A stretch of DNA of 64,000 nt from Dehalococcoidia bacterium. GTDB lineage: Bacteria; Chloroflexota; Dehalococcoidia; UBA2979. The notes under the pieces are model-generated. The model did no database searches. It worked only from the letters and a program-made list of their open reading frames with translations, and was not told where the DNA came from. Position 1 is the first letter of the stretch. Every line of letters starts with the position of its first letter. Positions 1 through 9,410 of the stretch are shown piece by piece. A program made the translations under genes and the position numbers. Location of the stretch: NCBI GenBank assembly GCA_965198045.1, contig CBDAOL010000007.1:162832-226831 (forward strand), written 5' to 3'.

Positions 1-32
1 CTGAGCACTGATGTGATCGGATTAGCAGGTAT

Positions 33-1169
33 ATGCGCCTGTCCTGTCAGCAAGAGGATCTCCATCGCGGGCTTTCCGCGGTGGCGCGGGCGATTCCGGC
101 CCGTTCGACGCTCCCGATCACGCAGCACGTGCTCCTCGAGGCGGCAGAGGGTTCGATCACCCTCTCAGCGACCGACGCCGAGACCATCGCCATCACCTAC
201 AAGATCCCCGCGACCGTCGAGGAGCCGGGCGCGATCACGATGCCCTCGCGGCTCCTGTCCGACTTCGTCGCCACGCTGCCGCATGAGCCGATCGAGATGG
301 TCCTGGCGGAGCGTTCGAGGCAGGTCGGTCTCTCCTGTGCACGCAACACCGCCTCGATCGGCGGCATGGACGCCGAGGACTTCCCGCCGATCCCGCCCGT
401 CGACGGGGTCGACACGATTCCGCTGGAGGCGAGCCGGCTGCGCAGCGGCATCAGCCAGACCGTGTTCTCCGCCGCCACAGACGACTCGCGACCGATCCTG
501 ACGGGGGTTCACTTCGGCATCGCCGATGGCCAGCTCCGCCTTGCCGCTGCCGACGGCTTCCGACTCTCCGTGCACACCATGGAGGTCGCGGCCGACGCCA
601 ACGATCGCGCGGTGACCGTGCCCGCGCGCGCCCTCGCCGAACTCGGGCGGCTGCTGCAGGAGGCCGAGGACGGCGCCGTGCAGCTCACGTTCAACACCGC
701 GGGCACGCAGGTGCAGTTCGATCTGGGCCACGCGAAGCTGATCGCCCAGCTGATCCAGGGCACCTTCCCCAACTACGAGCAGTTGATCCCGGAATCCTCG
801 ACGACGCGCACGGAGGTGGCGGTAGGCGAGTTCGTCCGCGAGACGCGCATCGCTTCGATCTTCGCGCGCGACGGCTCGGGCATCGTGCGGATCATCGCGA
901 CGCCGGGTGACGGCGGGCCCGGACGCCTCTCGATCATCGCCCGCGCCGACGAGGTCGGTGACAACGAGGGCGAGATCGACGCGGTGGTCGACGGCGACGA
1001 GGCACGCATCGCCTTCAATGGCCGCTACCTCAGCGAAGTGCTGGCGGTGATGGAATCCGACCGCGTCGCCATCGAGACCAGCTCCCCCTCGAGCCCCGGC
1101 GTGCTCCGCCCAGTCGGCGACGACCGCTTCGTCCACGTCGTGATGCCGATGTTCGTCCAGTGGGACTGA
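33..1169 (+). CDS. dnaN: DNA polymerase III beta sliding clamp
   Basis: 378 aa with typical beta-clamp motifs: LSATDAE, SRPILTGV, AAADGFRL, GTFPNYEQLIP, IAFNGRYL, VVMPM. Confidence 0.98.
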   Translation: MRLSCQQEDLHRGLSAVARAIPARSTLPITQHVLLEAAEGSITLSATDAETIAITYKIPATVEEPGAITMPSRLLSDFVATLPHEPIEMVLAERSRQVGLSCARNTASIGGMDAEDFPPIPPVDGVDTIPLEASRLRSGISQTVFSAATDDSRPILTGVHFGIADGQLRLAAADGFRLSVHTMEVAADANDRAVTVPARALAELGRLLQEAEDGAVQLTFNTAGTQVQFDLGHAKLIAQLIQGTFPNYEQLIPESSTTRTEVAVGEFVRETRIASIFARDGSGIVRIIATPGDGGPGRLSIIARADEVGDNEGEIDAVVDGDEARIAFNGRYLSEVLAVMESDRVAIETSSPSSPGVLRPVGDDRFVHVVMPMFVQWD

Positions 1170-1170
1170 A
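1140..1170 (+). repeat. candidate attL: dnaN 3' end GTGATGCCGATGTTCGTCCAGTGGGACTGAA
   Basis: 28/31 identical direct repeat of 40084-40114; all 3 mismatches are at synonymous third codon positions. Confidence 0.85.
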
Positions 1171-1367
1171 AAACGGATACCGTTTCGTCCTTGAACTCCC
1201 ACTGAACTGCGGAAGTACCGGCGATTCCGACAGAAGAGCTCGCAAGACGAGCAATCAGCTCCCTGCAACTGACGCTGCTCGGTGGCGGTAAGCCTCCGAG
1301 CGCAGATGACGACTTCCAATCGGCTCACGAGCGGCGCGGCAGGGCTTTCAGGGCGTGGGTTGACACC

Positions 1368-1985
1368 TTGAGAGCCGAGGCTGTCCTCGATCCAAGCGGT
1401 TGTCCGGAGCAGCTCAAGGGCCTTCTGCGATTCGAGTGGCTTGCACCGTGGGTGAGCGAACTGGTGCGTGCCCGTCAACACTCAGACTGGGAGAACGTGG
1501 GAGTCGCGTCACAGTCCATCTGGGCGGGCGTTCTCGTGCGCGTCGAGGCGCTTCCACCCGAACCCTTACAGATTCTTCGAGCCCAGCGCCTCGTTGGTGA
1601 AGACGAGCTGCCTCAGGAGACGTTCTACGAGCAGGTGTCAAAGCCGGCTGCCAGGGAGGAGATCCTGGACAGGTTTAGCCCGCACCTTCGGGCACTGCAC
1701 GAGGCAGAAGCACCCCGTCGCGGGTACAAGTTCTGGGAGCGCGCCAGCATCGCAGCGACGATGTTCCACGCCGCAATCGAGGATGCGTTGGCTGCCTCGT
1801 TCCCGAGCCGGCCCGTGGCTCTTGAGCGAGACCGTCAGATCGCCCGCGATGTCGGGATCTGGGCGTCGGTGAGGCTCGATGACCTCGAGCAAGCCGAACT
1901 CGCAGGGGCATTGGGCATTACGCCGGACGCGGTGCGAAAGGCAGTGCGTCAGACCGAGTCACTCCTCGGTCTCGATAGCGCCTAG
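1368..1985 (+). CDS. hypothetical protein with C-terminal HTH (element regulator)
   Basis: C-terminal LEQAELAGALGITPDAVRKAVRQ is HTH-like; first gene after attL; start codon uncertain. Confidence 0.6.
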   Translation: MRAEAVLDPSGCPEQLKGLLRFEWLAPWVSELVRARQHSDWENVGVASQSIWAGVLVRVEALPPEPLQILRAQRLVGEDELPQETFYEQVSKPAAREEILDRFSPHLRALHEAEAPRRGYKFWERASIAATMFHAAIEDALAASFPSRPVALERDRQIARDVGIWASVRLDDLEQAELAGALGITPDAVRKAVRQTESLLGLDSA

Positions 1986-2038
1986 CACCCTCGCTAGGCG
2001 GTCGCGCGAACTCTTGCTGGCCACCACAGACTTGGCGC

Positions 2039-2221
2039 GTGGCCAAACGACAAGCACCAAAGTCACGAGAGCTGTCATCGACCTGGTCTCGCGGTGCGCG
2101 CACGGAAGCCTGGGATCGCCTTTGGCGCCTCTTGTTCGATGCAGCTCAGTCCGCGCCTGAGGAGCCCTCCGTTGACGGCGGTGATGCGCCGAGTGAAGGA
2201 GCGACAGATGGCGCGAAGTAA
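2039..2221 (+). CDS. small hypothetical protein
   Basis: 60 aa with amphipathic AWDRLWRLLF, between the HTH gene and the DUF3987 gene. Confidence 0.45.
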   Translation: MAKRQAPKSRELSSTWSRGARTEAWDRLWRLLFDAAQSAPEEPSVDGGDAPSEGATDGAK

Positions 2222-2355
2222 CGAATACGGTCCCCCCTTTAGCAAGGGACCAGAACGCGCCGCGAGCGCGAGTCGCGCGTCGACGACGTACGCGCGGCGC
2301 TCGCGGCACGGGGAACCGATCGGGAGCTTAGGCCGCGGCCTTTCGGAGCGCTCGG

Positions 2356-3834
2356 ATGACAACTCTGCCCTTTGTCGGGCCAGCCGACCTCATTCCCGAG
2401 GCACACGGGCGTCGGGGTTCCTGCCCGATCTGCCGGCGCGAGGTCGTGATCGATGAGCAGGGACGTGCGTGCGATCGAGAGTCCTCGGGGGACCTCGTCC
2501 TTCACCCGTGCCCGATCTCAAAGCATGGGACACCGGTCCACGAACCTACCCATCAAGGATTGGTCACTAACCGCGTTTCGGTCGTCGCAGACGGTTGGCC
2601 GCAACCTTTGGACGAACACGCCTTCCACGGCCTGGCCGGTGACGTGGTGCGCGCGATCGAGCCCCAGACGGAAGCCGATCCTGCGGCCCTCCTGCTCCAA
2701 CTGCTGGCCGGCTTTGGGAATGCTGTCGGCCATCGACCGTTCATCCGCACCGAGGGAGACCGACAGACCGCGAACATCTTCGTGGTGATCGTCGGCGACA
2801 CGGCGAAGGCGAGGAAGGGGACCTCCTGGGGGCGGATTCGCCACATTCTCGGGGCGGCAGATCGCCAGTGGGTGGAGAACTGTGTCGCCTCTGGCCTGTC
2901 GACGGGCGAAGGTCTCCCCGCACGTCTCGCCCGCGATGCCGATGGTGCCGGTCGAAGCGAACACCGGCTGCTCGTGCAAGAGAGCGAGTTCGCTCGCACC
3001 CTACGAGTCATGGGCCGGGAAGGCAGCACCCTGAGTCCAATGCTTCGTCAGGCGTTCGACAGCGGGCATCTGTCAGTGCTCACCAAAACCAACCCTGTCG
3101 ACGTGCTCGACGCGCACATCTCCATCGTCGCTCACATCATCGTCGAGGAACTCCACCATCGACTTGACGACACCGAGGCCGCGAACGGCTTCGGTAACCG
3201 ATTCCTGTTCGTGGCGACGAGACGCTCCAAGTCGCTGCCGCTGGGCGGTTCCGAGATCGAGGGCCAGGCCGAGCTGGTGAAGAGGCTCCACGATGCAATC
3301 GAGGCTGGGAGGGAGCGCGAAGAAGTTCGCTTCGATCCCGCGGCCGAGGCGATGTGGATCGATGTCTACGAGGAGCTGAGCCGGGGCGAGCGCGGGCTAG
3401 TTGGCGGGATCACGGCGCGGTCGGAGGCACTGGTGATCCGTCTGGCGTTGCTCTACGCGCTCCTCGACGGCGACGACGCGATTCGGAAGGATCATCTCGC
3501 CGCCGCGCTCGCCGCCTGGGACTACTGCTATGCATCCACACGCCACATCTTCGGGAACCAGGTGGGCGACCCTATCGCGGATCGCATCCTCCGGGAGCTG
3601 CTGGTCGCACCAGACGGCCTGAGCCGAACAGTTATCAGGGATCTACTGGCGCGCAACAAGCGCGCCGCGCAGGTCGACGCCGCTCTTGAGTTGTTGCGGG
3701 CGCTCGGTGTGGCTCGGATGGAGAGCCAGCGGACCGGCGGTCGGCCCCGCGAGGTCTGGTTTGCAACGACCGGGGCGAGCAGCACGACCGATACGACGAA
3801 TACGACTGAACTGCTGGGCGGTGGTGCAGCTTGA
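2356..3834 (+). CDS. DUF3987/YfjI-like P-loop helicase-like replication protein with N-terminal Cys motif and C-terminal winged helix
   Basis: HGLAGDVVRAIEPQTEADPAA; Walker-A-like IVGDTAKARKGTS; GLSTGEGL; LLVQESEF; GFGNRFLF; TGGRPREVW. Confidence 0.85.
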   Translation: MTTLPFVGPADLIPEAHGRRGSCPICRREVVIDEQGRACDRESSGDLVLHPCPISKHGTPVHEPTHQGLVTNRVSVVADGWPQPLDEHAFHGLAGDVVRAIEPQTEADPAALLLQLLAGFGNAVGHRPFIRTEGDRQTANIFVVIVGDTAKARKGTSWGRIRHILGAADRQWVENCVASGLSTGEGLPARLARDADGAGRSEHRLLVQESEFARTLRVMGREGSTLSPMLRQAFDSGHLSVLTKTNPVDVLDAHISIVAHIIVEELHHRLDDTEAANGFGNRFLFVATRRSKSLPLGGSEIEGQAELVKRLHDAIEAGREREEVRFDPAAEAMWIDVYEELSRGERGLVGGITARSEALVIRLALLYALLDGDDAIRKDHLAAALAAWDYCYASTRHIFGNQVGDPIADRILRELLVAPDGLSRTVIRDLLARNKRAAQVDAALELLRALGVARMESQRTGGRPREVWFATTGASSTTDTTNTTELLGGGAA

Positions 3835-4160
3835 CGAGATCGTTCCTCAGGGTTGCCTTAGAGGCTCAGCTCGCCCGTGCCTTCCGAGATGGTTGCGAAG
3901 AGCACAAGGTGGCTGGACAGGAAGTAGCCGACCGCTGGCAGGTGGTCGCCAAGCGCGATCTCGAAGCCGACTGCTGTCCCTGCTGTGCCGGCCCGTGCGC
4001 TCGTGTTGCGGTCGTATGCAGAGCCTGTGGCCCACTAGTTGCCTCTCTGTTCGAGTCGCTGACCGCGGCACGCCCGTGCGTGCTGTGCGGCGGCTCGGCG
4101 GACTGCATGCAGAGCCAGGACTGGGTATGTCGGGCGTGCTTTGCGTCGAAGTCGCCCTAG
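3831..4160 (+). CDS. Cys-rich putative zinc-binding protein
   Basis: Multiple CxxC motifs (CPCC, CRAC, CVLC, CRAC); overlaps the upstream stop codon. Confidence 0.55.
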   Translation: MTRSFLRVALEAQLARAFRDGCEEHKVAGQEVADRWQVVAKRDLEADCCPCCAGPCARVAVVCRACGPLVASLFESLTAARPCVLCGGSADCMQSQDWVCRACFASKSP

Positions 4161-4439
4161 ATCGCCTCCACCGCGCTCGGCGCTGCTTGGCACCCACCAA
4201 CCACCCCTGCCAACGGCACACTTGACGCACTGCTTCGCCCCACCGCCGCCTCGCGTCGCGCGCGCCGAACCGCGAACGTCGCTCGACGGCGAGGATCTCG
4301 ACCTACCTCGCCGTGCGCGCTGCAACGAACACGCTGCCGGGCGGCTTGGACGCCGCCGACCGGGCTGGCTGCGGCGTGTTTCTTGTCCTCTGGGCCGACC
4401 GATTTTTGTTTCGCCGAAACGGCGCGCTGCCGGTCGGAC

Positions 4440-4901
4440 TCACTCGTCTAGCGCAAAGAGGCGCTGGCGCGCTTCAACGGTGTCGATACGAGAACGGAAC
4501 CAGTCCTCGTATATAGCAAGCACCTCGTCTTTCTGGTTGCCGGTCATATACCTCCGGACATCATCGAGAGTGGTCAGGGTTGAGCCGGGGGGAGCGTAGA
4601 AGTTGAAGTAGGTCCGACCGTCGCACTTAGTCTCGTACCGGAAGTCAGACTCTTCGTCGGCGGGATCGGAAAGAGCCGGGAGCGTTCTGGCCTGCGAAGT
4701 CCGGATCTGGACGCGCTCGCGACCGCAGACCTCGGCGAGAAAGGTGCCCGGACCGCCCTCTTGATCGCACGCGACTGTCTCATCGCAGGTAAGGGTGATT
4801 GCATTCGAGGCGAAGAACGGTGAGACCCATCCAAACCAGACGATAGCCCCTACAAAGAGAACACCCACCGCCAAGCCTGCACTATCCTTGAGACGCATCA
4901 C
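4440..4901 (-). CDS. hypothetical exported/membrane-anchored protein
   Basis: N-terminal hydrophobic helix followed by a Cys-containing soluble domain. Confidence 0.6.
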   Translation of the reverse strand: MMRLKDSAGLAVGVLFVGAIVWFGWVSPFFASNAITLTCDETVACDQEGGPGTFLAEVCGRERVQIRTSQARTLPALSDPADEESDFRYETKCDGRTYFNFYAPPGSTLTTLDDVRRYMTGNQKDEVLAIYEDWFRSRIDTVEARQRLFALDE

Positions 4902-5352
4902 GGCGTTGGCTCCGATCGCTCGACAGCGGATCTTCTTCTCCGCCGTCCCACAGGACCGCTGCTATCTGCACTCGATCCCAAGCGATCGCTGCTCGTCGGG
5001 ATCGGCTGCAACAGTCGTCACTCAGGCGCACAGCTCGGACGCTATTCCTGTCGCCTCGACGAGGACTTCTTCCGCGAGCATGCGCCGAACGCCAGCGTGA
5101 CTCGGACGGCCCACTCTTTCCGCACTTGGCACCACGGTGGGACAGCCCGGAGTCGTCATGCGCGGACATTAGCTGACCCATCGGACGGACGTTGGACGGG
5201 CCTCACGTCTACTCTCTTCGAACCACGAGAGATGTTCAGGTCGCGTCTCAAAGGGGCACCTCGACTGGAACTGGGGTCTCCTCGAAACGCACCTGACGCG
5301 GCAGGCGCGGCGCGATAGCGTTGGGCGCTGGCCTTCACAGGCCGAGTTCGAC

Positions 5353-5748
5353 GTGCTCCGACAACACGAGGCGTGGGCGCTTGTTGTCCTGGGGTCGCCT
5401 CGGCAGCGGACAGCCTACGACCTTAGAGAGTTCGGTCGCGAACGTCTGATTCAGGCCGCCTCCGCCGGGACTGCGCCAAATCAACTCTGGCTGATCGCTT
5501 GGGCGGCACTCGTTATTGCCCTGGTCAGTGGCGGGTTCGAGCTGCCTACGGCCGTACGTGTGGCGCTGACGGTGATCGCTGTGGGCGTCGCGATGGCTGG
5601 GTACGTAGCGGCGAGGCTGTGGGTCGGGAAAATCGTCGCGGCGTTCCGCTTCCGAGGTCGCTCGGACACGCCGGCAACTGTGCTCGCTTACCTGCTTATG
5701 CTCGCCCCGCCCGCGGTTCTCGCAACGGTCCTTGCGAGCCTAAGCTGA
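5353..5748 (+). CDS. hypothetical protein with about 3 transmembrane segments
   Basis: Three hydrophobic stretches. Confidence 0.55.
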   Translation: MLRQHEAWALVVLGSPRQRTAYDLREFGRERLIQAASAGTAPNQLWLIAWAALVIALVSGGFELPTAVRVALTVIAVGVAMAGYVAARLWVGKIVAAFRFRGRSDTPATVLAYLLMLAPPAVLATVLASLS

Positions 5749-5822
5749 CACGCAGCCCAGAGCCGTCCATCGCAGGCGAGGTGGCCGTCGAAGAGTAGGC
5801 CAGGAGCCCCACCCATCGGAGG

Positions 5823-6407
5823 TTGCCGTTGGCTGACAGAACTGACGCCGAAGCGATCGCGCAGGGATGGCGAACTCTCTGGCTCTACGAAGCGGTGGCC
5901 AGAAACCGATCTCGATTTGAGGGCGAGCTCCTTCGACCGCAACCGCGTAACTCGCTGGTCGATGGCCTGCTAGCGTCATTGCTCTTCTTACAGATGACGA
6001 GCGTCGTTGAGGCTGCGCTGCCCGTGATCCGCGAGATGCACGACCTACCTGCGCCCCAAAGAGACACTCTTCGTGAAAACGTCGAAGCCCTACGCGAGGA
6101 GCTTGTCGACCCGAGTGCGCTTCATCAAGTCCTCGATCGGAGGGTTGAGATCGCCCACCGCGGAGTGAGGGCGGCCTGGGAAGAGCTCGCCTCCGCGGCC
6201 GATGTCGTGGAAGCGGAACTCGTAGCGCAGCGACTCGTCGCGGGCAGACCGAAGTTCGATGCGCACGCGGAGAGATCGGGGGCGATGCCTTGCGACGATC
6301 CTGAGGTGCTTTCAGTATTCGAGCACCGGCGATGGCTGACAGACTCGAACGGACGAACGGCACTCGAACAGACGTGGCAGGAGAAGCTGATGAGAGACGG
6401 CTTCTAG
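5823..6407 (+). CDS. HEPN-like helical protein
   Basis: Helical composition; LLFLQMTSVVEAAL helix and R-x4-H motif (DRRVEIAH). Confidence 0.5.
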   Translation: MPLADRTDAEAIAQGWRTLWLYEAVARNRSRFEGELLRPQPRNSLVDGLLASLLFLQMTSVVEAALPVIREMHDLPAPQRDTLRENVEALREELVDPSALHQVLDRRVEIAHRGVRAAWEELASAADVVEAELVAQRLVAGRPKFDAHAERSGAMPCDDPEVLSVFEHRRWLTDSNGRTALEQTWQEKLMRDGF

Positions 6408-6454
6408 CACCGTTCCCAACCACCGCAAGACCGGCCGCCCCGGCTCGCCGTGCA

Positions 6455-6495
6455 ACGCTCGCAGACGCCCTGAGCGGCCCGTACGCGCGCGCGAC
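6455..6495 (+). repeat. intergenic repeat copy 1 (ACGCTCGCAGACGCCCTGAGCGGCCCGTACGCGCGCGCGAC)
   Basis: 39/41 identical to 8213-8253; shorter core again at about 11062-11082. Confidence 0.8.
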
Positions 6496-6824
6496 TCGGC
6501 GTCGTGCGCCCACCTCGCAGCGAGCACGGATGCCTATTATTCGCGAGAAGGAGCGCTGATGCCGCTTGGCTGCTCCGGCAGCATCGGCGCGGGATCGGCG
6601 CCGCCGCGATGGGTTGTGGTGACCTCTCCGACGATGCGATGATCGAATCGGCGGCGCGGGGTGAGATGTCTTCCGCTGTGGCGCTCCCCGTCTTCCCGGA
6701 TTCGTCAGATCGTCTGCGGCCCTCGACCGACGAGGCTCCCGATTCACCGAGTTCCGCTCGTGTCTCATCGCACCGCGACCGTGTGCGCCCTCGAGATGAC
6801 CCCCTCGACTTCGATATTCGAGGC

Positions 6825-6947
6825 ATGGACCGCCACAGCGCGCACATTGACCCGCTCGCGCCCGCGCGGGGCATCCTGATCGGGGCGACCCTCAGCGCGG
6901 CCGCATGGGCCGTTCTCATCGCGGTCGTGCTCCCCATCCTCCGTTAG
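6825..6947 (+). CDS. small single-pass membrane peptide
   Basis: MDRHSAHIDPLAPARGILIGATLSAAAWAVLIAVVLPILR, preceded by GAGG. Confidence 0.45.
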   Translation: MDRHSAHIDPLAPARGILIGATLSAAAWAVLIAVVLPILR

Positions 6948-6991
6948 CCATCAGCGCGAAGGCTCGGCGTCGAACGAATCACTCACGTCGG

Positions 6992-8068
6992 TCAGACGAG
7001 CTCTGAGTCGCCCATGCTGAGGTGAATCCGGGCCTGCCGATCTTCCGTGATGGGGCGCACGAAATCGGGCTCGGGAGCCGCCGTTCGCAAGGCGGTGCGC
7101 CACGCTGCGTTCCGTGAGCGGCGCCCCAGACGGACGAAGCCCGCGTCGCGAATCGCCGCGCTATATGGGTGGTGCTCGACGTTGCTGTACTCGAGTGAGG
7201 ATGCTCCGCCGGCGCGTGCCTCCTCCACGCAATGGTCAAGCAGGGCTCGCGCGATGTCTGGGCGACCGGGCCGGGCGAGCAGATCCGCCACGACGCCGCG
7301 TCGACCTCGGACGGTGAACGCTGCGTACCCGAGCAACTCACCGTTCTCCTCGGCGGCAAAGAGCTCGAAGAAACCACCGCGACGATCGAGGTAGCGCCAG
7401 TTCAGATAGTCCGCTGATCGGCTTAGGATCAGGTCGAACTCCTCAGCCGCCTCTCTCTACAGCGCGTCGAACCGCTCATCGCACCTCTCGATCGAGACGA
7501 CCGTCGCGCCGGTAGGCGGCGCACCGCGAAGTGCGATCCGCCCCCTGATCCCGAGCAGTGCGTAGCCTGGCAGGGTCGCGAGGTGCCAGCGATGGCGGCG
7601 CGCCTCATCGAGGGGATGGAGAATCCGCGCATACACGGTCCAGCGGTTGGCGAATCGCGCGTAGTTCTCGGTGCCATCCGCGCGGAACCGATGGATAGCA
7701 GGAACCTGCGAGAAGCCCAGTCCGATGTCGGACAGATGGCGGTCAAAGTAACGGAGCTCGCCGTAGAACCCACGACCGCGGGCGAGGGGGTGCATGGCCG
7801 CGAATGGACCGTTGAGAAAGGTCAACTCGCGCCCGCGGATCAATGCGGGTCGGAGCTGGGCCGTTGATGCGCCGACAATCTTGCCGTCAAGATCGGAGAC
7901 AGCCGGCCGGCAGACCACGCCCTCGCCCAGCGTCATCCACTCCACGAAGGTGAGTGCTCCGCCCTCGTTCGGCCAGGGAGGGAAGCGGTCGAACGAAAGC
8001 TTAAACGTCTCGGTGATCCCGCGCAGATCCTCTGGCGTGGCGAAACGTACCGTCGGCCTCTCGCTCAT
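6992..8068 (-). pseudogene. GNAT family N-acetyltransferase (two-domain) with in-frame TAG
   Basis: MHPLARGRGFY acetyl-CoA motif; ORFs 7457-8095 and 6992-7336 share a frame across RFDAL*REAAEEFDLILSRSADYLNWRY. Confidence 0.75.
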
Positions 8069-8212
8069 CGACGACCACACGCTTCCATCCAACACCCTGG
8101 ACTTCGCCCGGGTGTGCGCACTGGCGTCCGGGCCATCTGCTCCTTATGGATCATGGCTCGCCCTAGTATCGCTGTTGCGCGTCCCAAACGACCGCCGGCT
8201 GGCCGCCGTCCC

Positions 8213-8253
8213 ACGCTCCCAGACGCCATGAGCGGCCCGTACGCGCGCGCGAC
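8213..8253 (+). repeat. intergenic repeat copy 2
   Basis: Near-identical to 6455-6495. Confidence 0.8.
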
Positions 8254-8294
8254 GAGGCGCGCGGAGCGTCATGCCAAAGCGTGCTCTCTACTGC

Positions 8295-8485
8295 TCAGTC
8301 TGCGAGCACCGCCGCCAGCTCCTCGTCGAAGACATCAGGCCAGAGCAGCGACACCCCCACTTCGTCGCAGAGCGTCACCCACGACGGGGCAATGGGAGCG
8401 CGCTCGACGATAAGAGCTGCTCGCACGCGGCCGCCGTGCATCGTGCGAGCGGAGTAGCGGTAGTCCAGGACTTGGCCGAGGCGAT
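8295..8485 (-). pseudogene. C-terminal fragment of a restriction-endonuclease-like protein
   Basis: LGQVLDYRY...ALIVERAP...WVTLCDEVGVSLLWP resembles the GQxxxY tail of PD-(D/E)xK nucleases; no N-terminus present. Confidence 0.45.
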
Positions 8486-8617
8486 GCGGACGACTACGAA
8501 AGCGCGGGCTTCGCGGGGATCTTGACCGCCCAGGATGGGCGACGACTCCGCAACGTCCTGATTCGGCGCTACGTGGAACCCGAGCCGATCCTGACTCTCG
8601 GGGTGGTGCAGCAGCCA

Positions 8618-9211
8618 CTGCCCGTGATCGCCGCGCTCACCCCCGGCCTCGGAGTGACGACGGGCTAGACGCCGGTAGTGATCACCGGCTCGCGCTTCAC
8701 AGGCGCGACCGCCGTGAGTTTCGGGGGGACTGCTGCGCTCACGTTCGTCGTAAACAGCGACACCGAGATCGTCGCCGACTCGCCCTCTCAAGCGCCCGGA
8801 GTGGTCGACGTGGTAGTGACCACCCCTGCCGGCACCAACGCGAACACCGCCGCGGACGACTTCGTGTACTACGACCCACCGCCTCTCGCGGAGCCTGCTT
8901 CATTGATTGTTCAGAAGGCCGGCGGAGAGGCGGGCATCCTGTATCAATTCGAGCTGACACACGGCGCCCTTACCACGGTCTCCCGATTCGAGCTCGCGGC
9001 CGGCGAGTCGAAGACCGTGTTGCTGTACATCGGGTCTGAGTGGCAGCTCATTGAGCTCACGGCACCCGCTGGCGTGAGCTACTCAGGCACCTGCGCTGCC
9101 CCAACCGCGGTCTCAGCGCCAGCCTTTGAGTGTTTCGTGACCAACCCGTCGGCTGTGGCTGGACAGTCCGCTCCGCTTCCGGCTGACACGGGGCACGGGG
9201 CTGTCAGGTAG
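8618..9211 (+). pseudogene. IPT/TIG-domain surface protein fragment with in-frame TAG at 8666
   Basis: PVIAALTP...G*TPVVITGSRFTGATAVSFGG...VNSDTEIVA...VDVVVTTPAGT. Confidence 0.7.
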
Positions 9212-9410
9212 CGAGGTGCGCGTCGCGCTCGTTCGCGGCGGAGCTTGTCAGACGGCGTTGGCACACGTGCATGGCCCGGAGCTTCAGGTTGCTCCGGCGC
9301 TTCTTACGGCTCGCTGAGCCAGTCATCCGTGATCGTTACGGACTGCGTGTGACTGTCATGGAGTCGCAAGAAGGCGACGGCGACCAACACGCTCAGGGGA
9401 CGAGAACGCG

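Noticed and set aside
9240-9410. c-di-GMP riboswitch upstream of the EAL gene
   Set aside because: A hairpin is present but I could not find the conserved c-di-GMP-I/II motifs by eye
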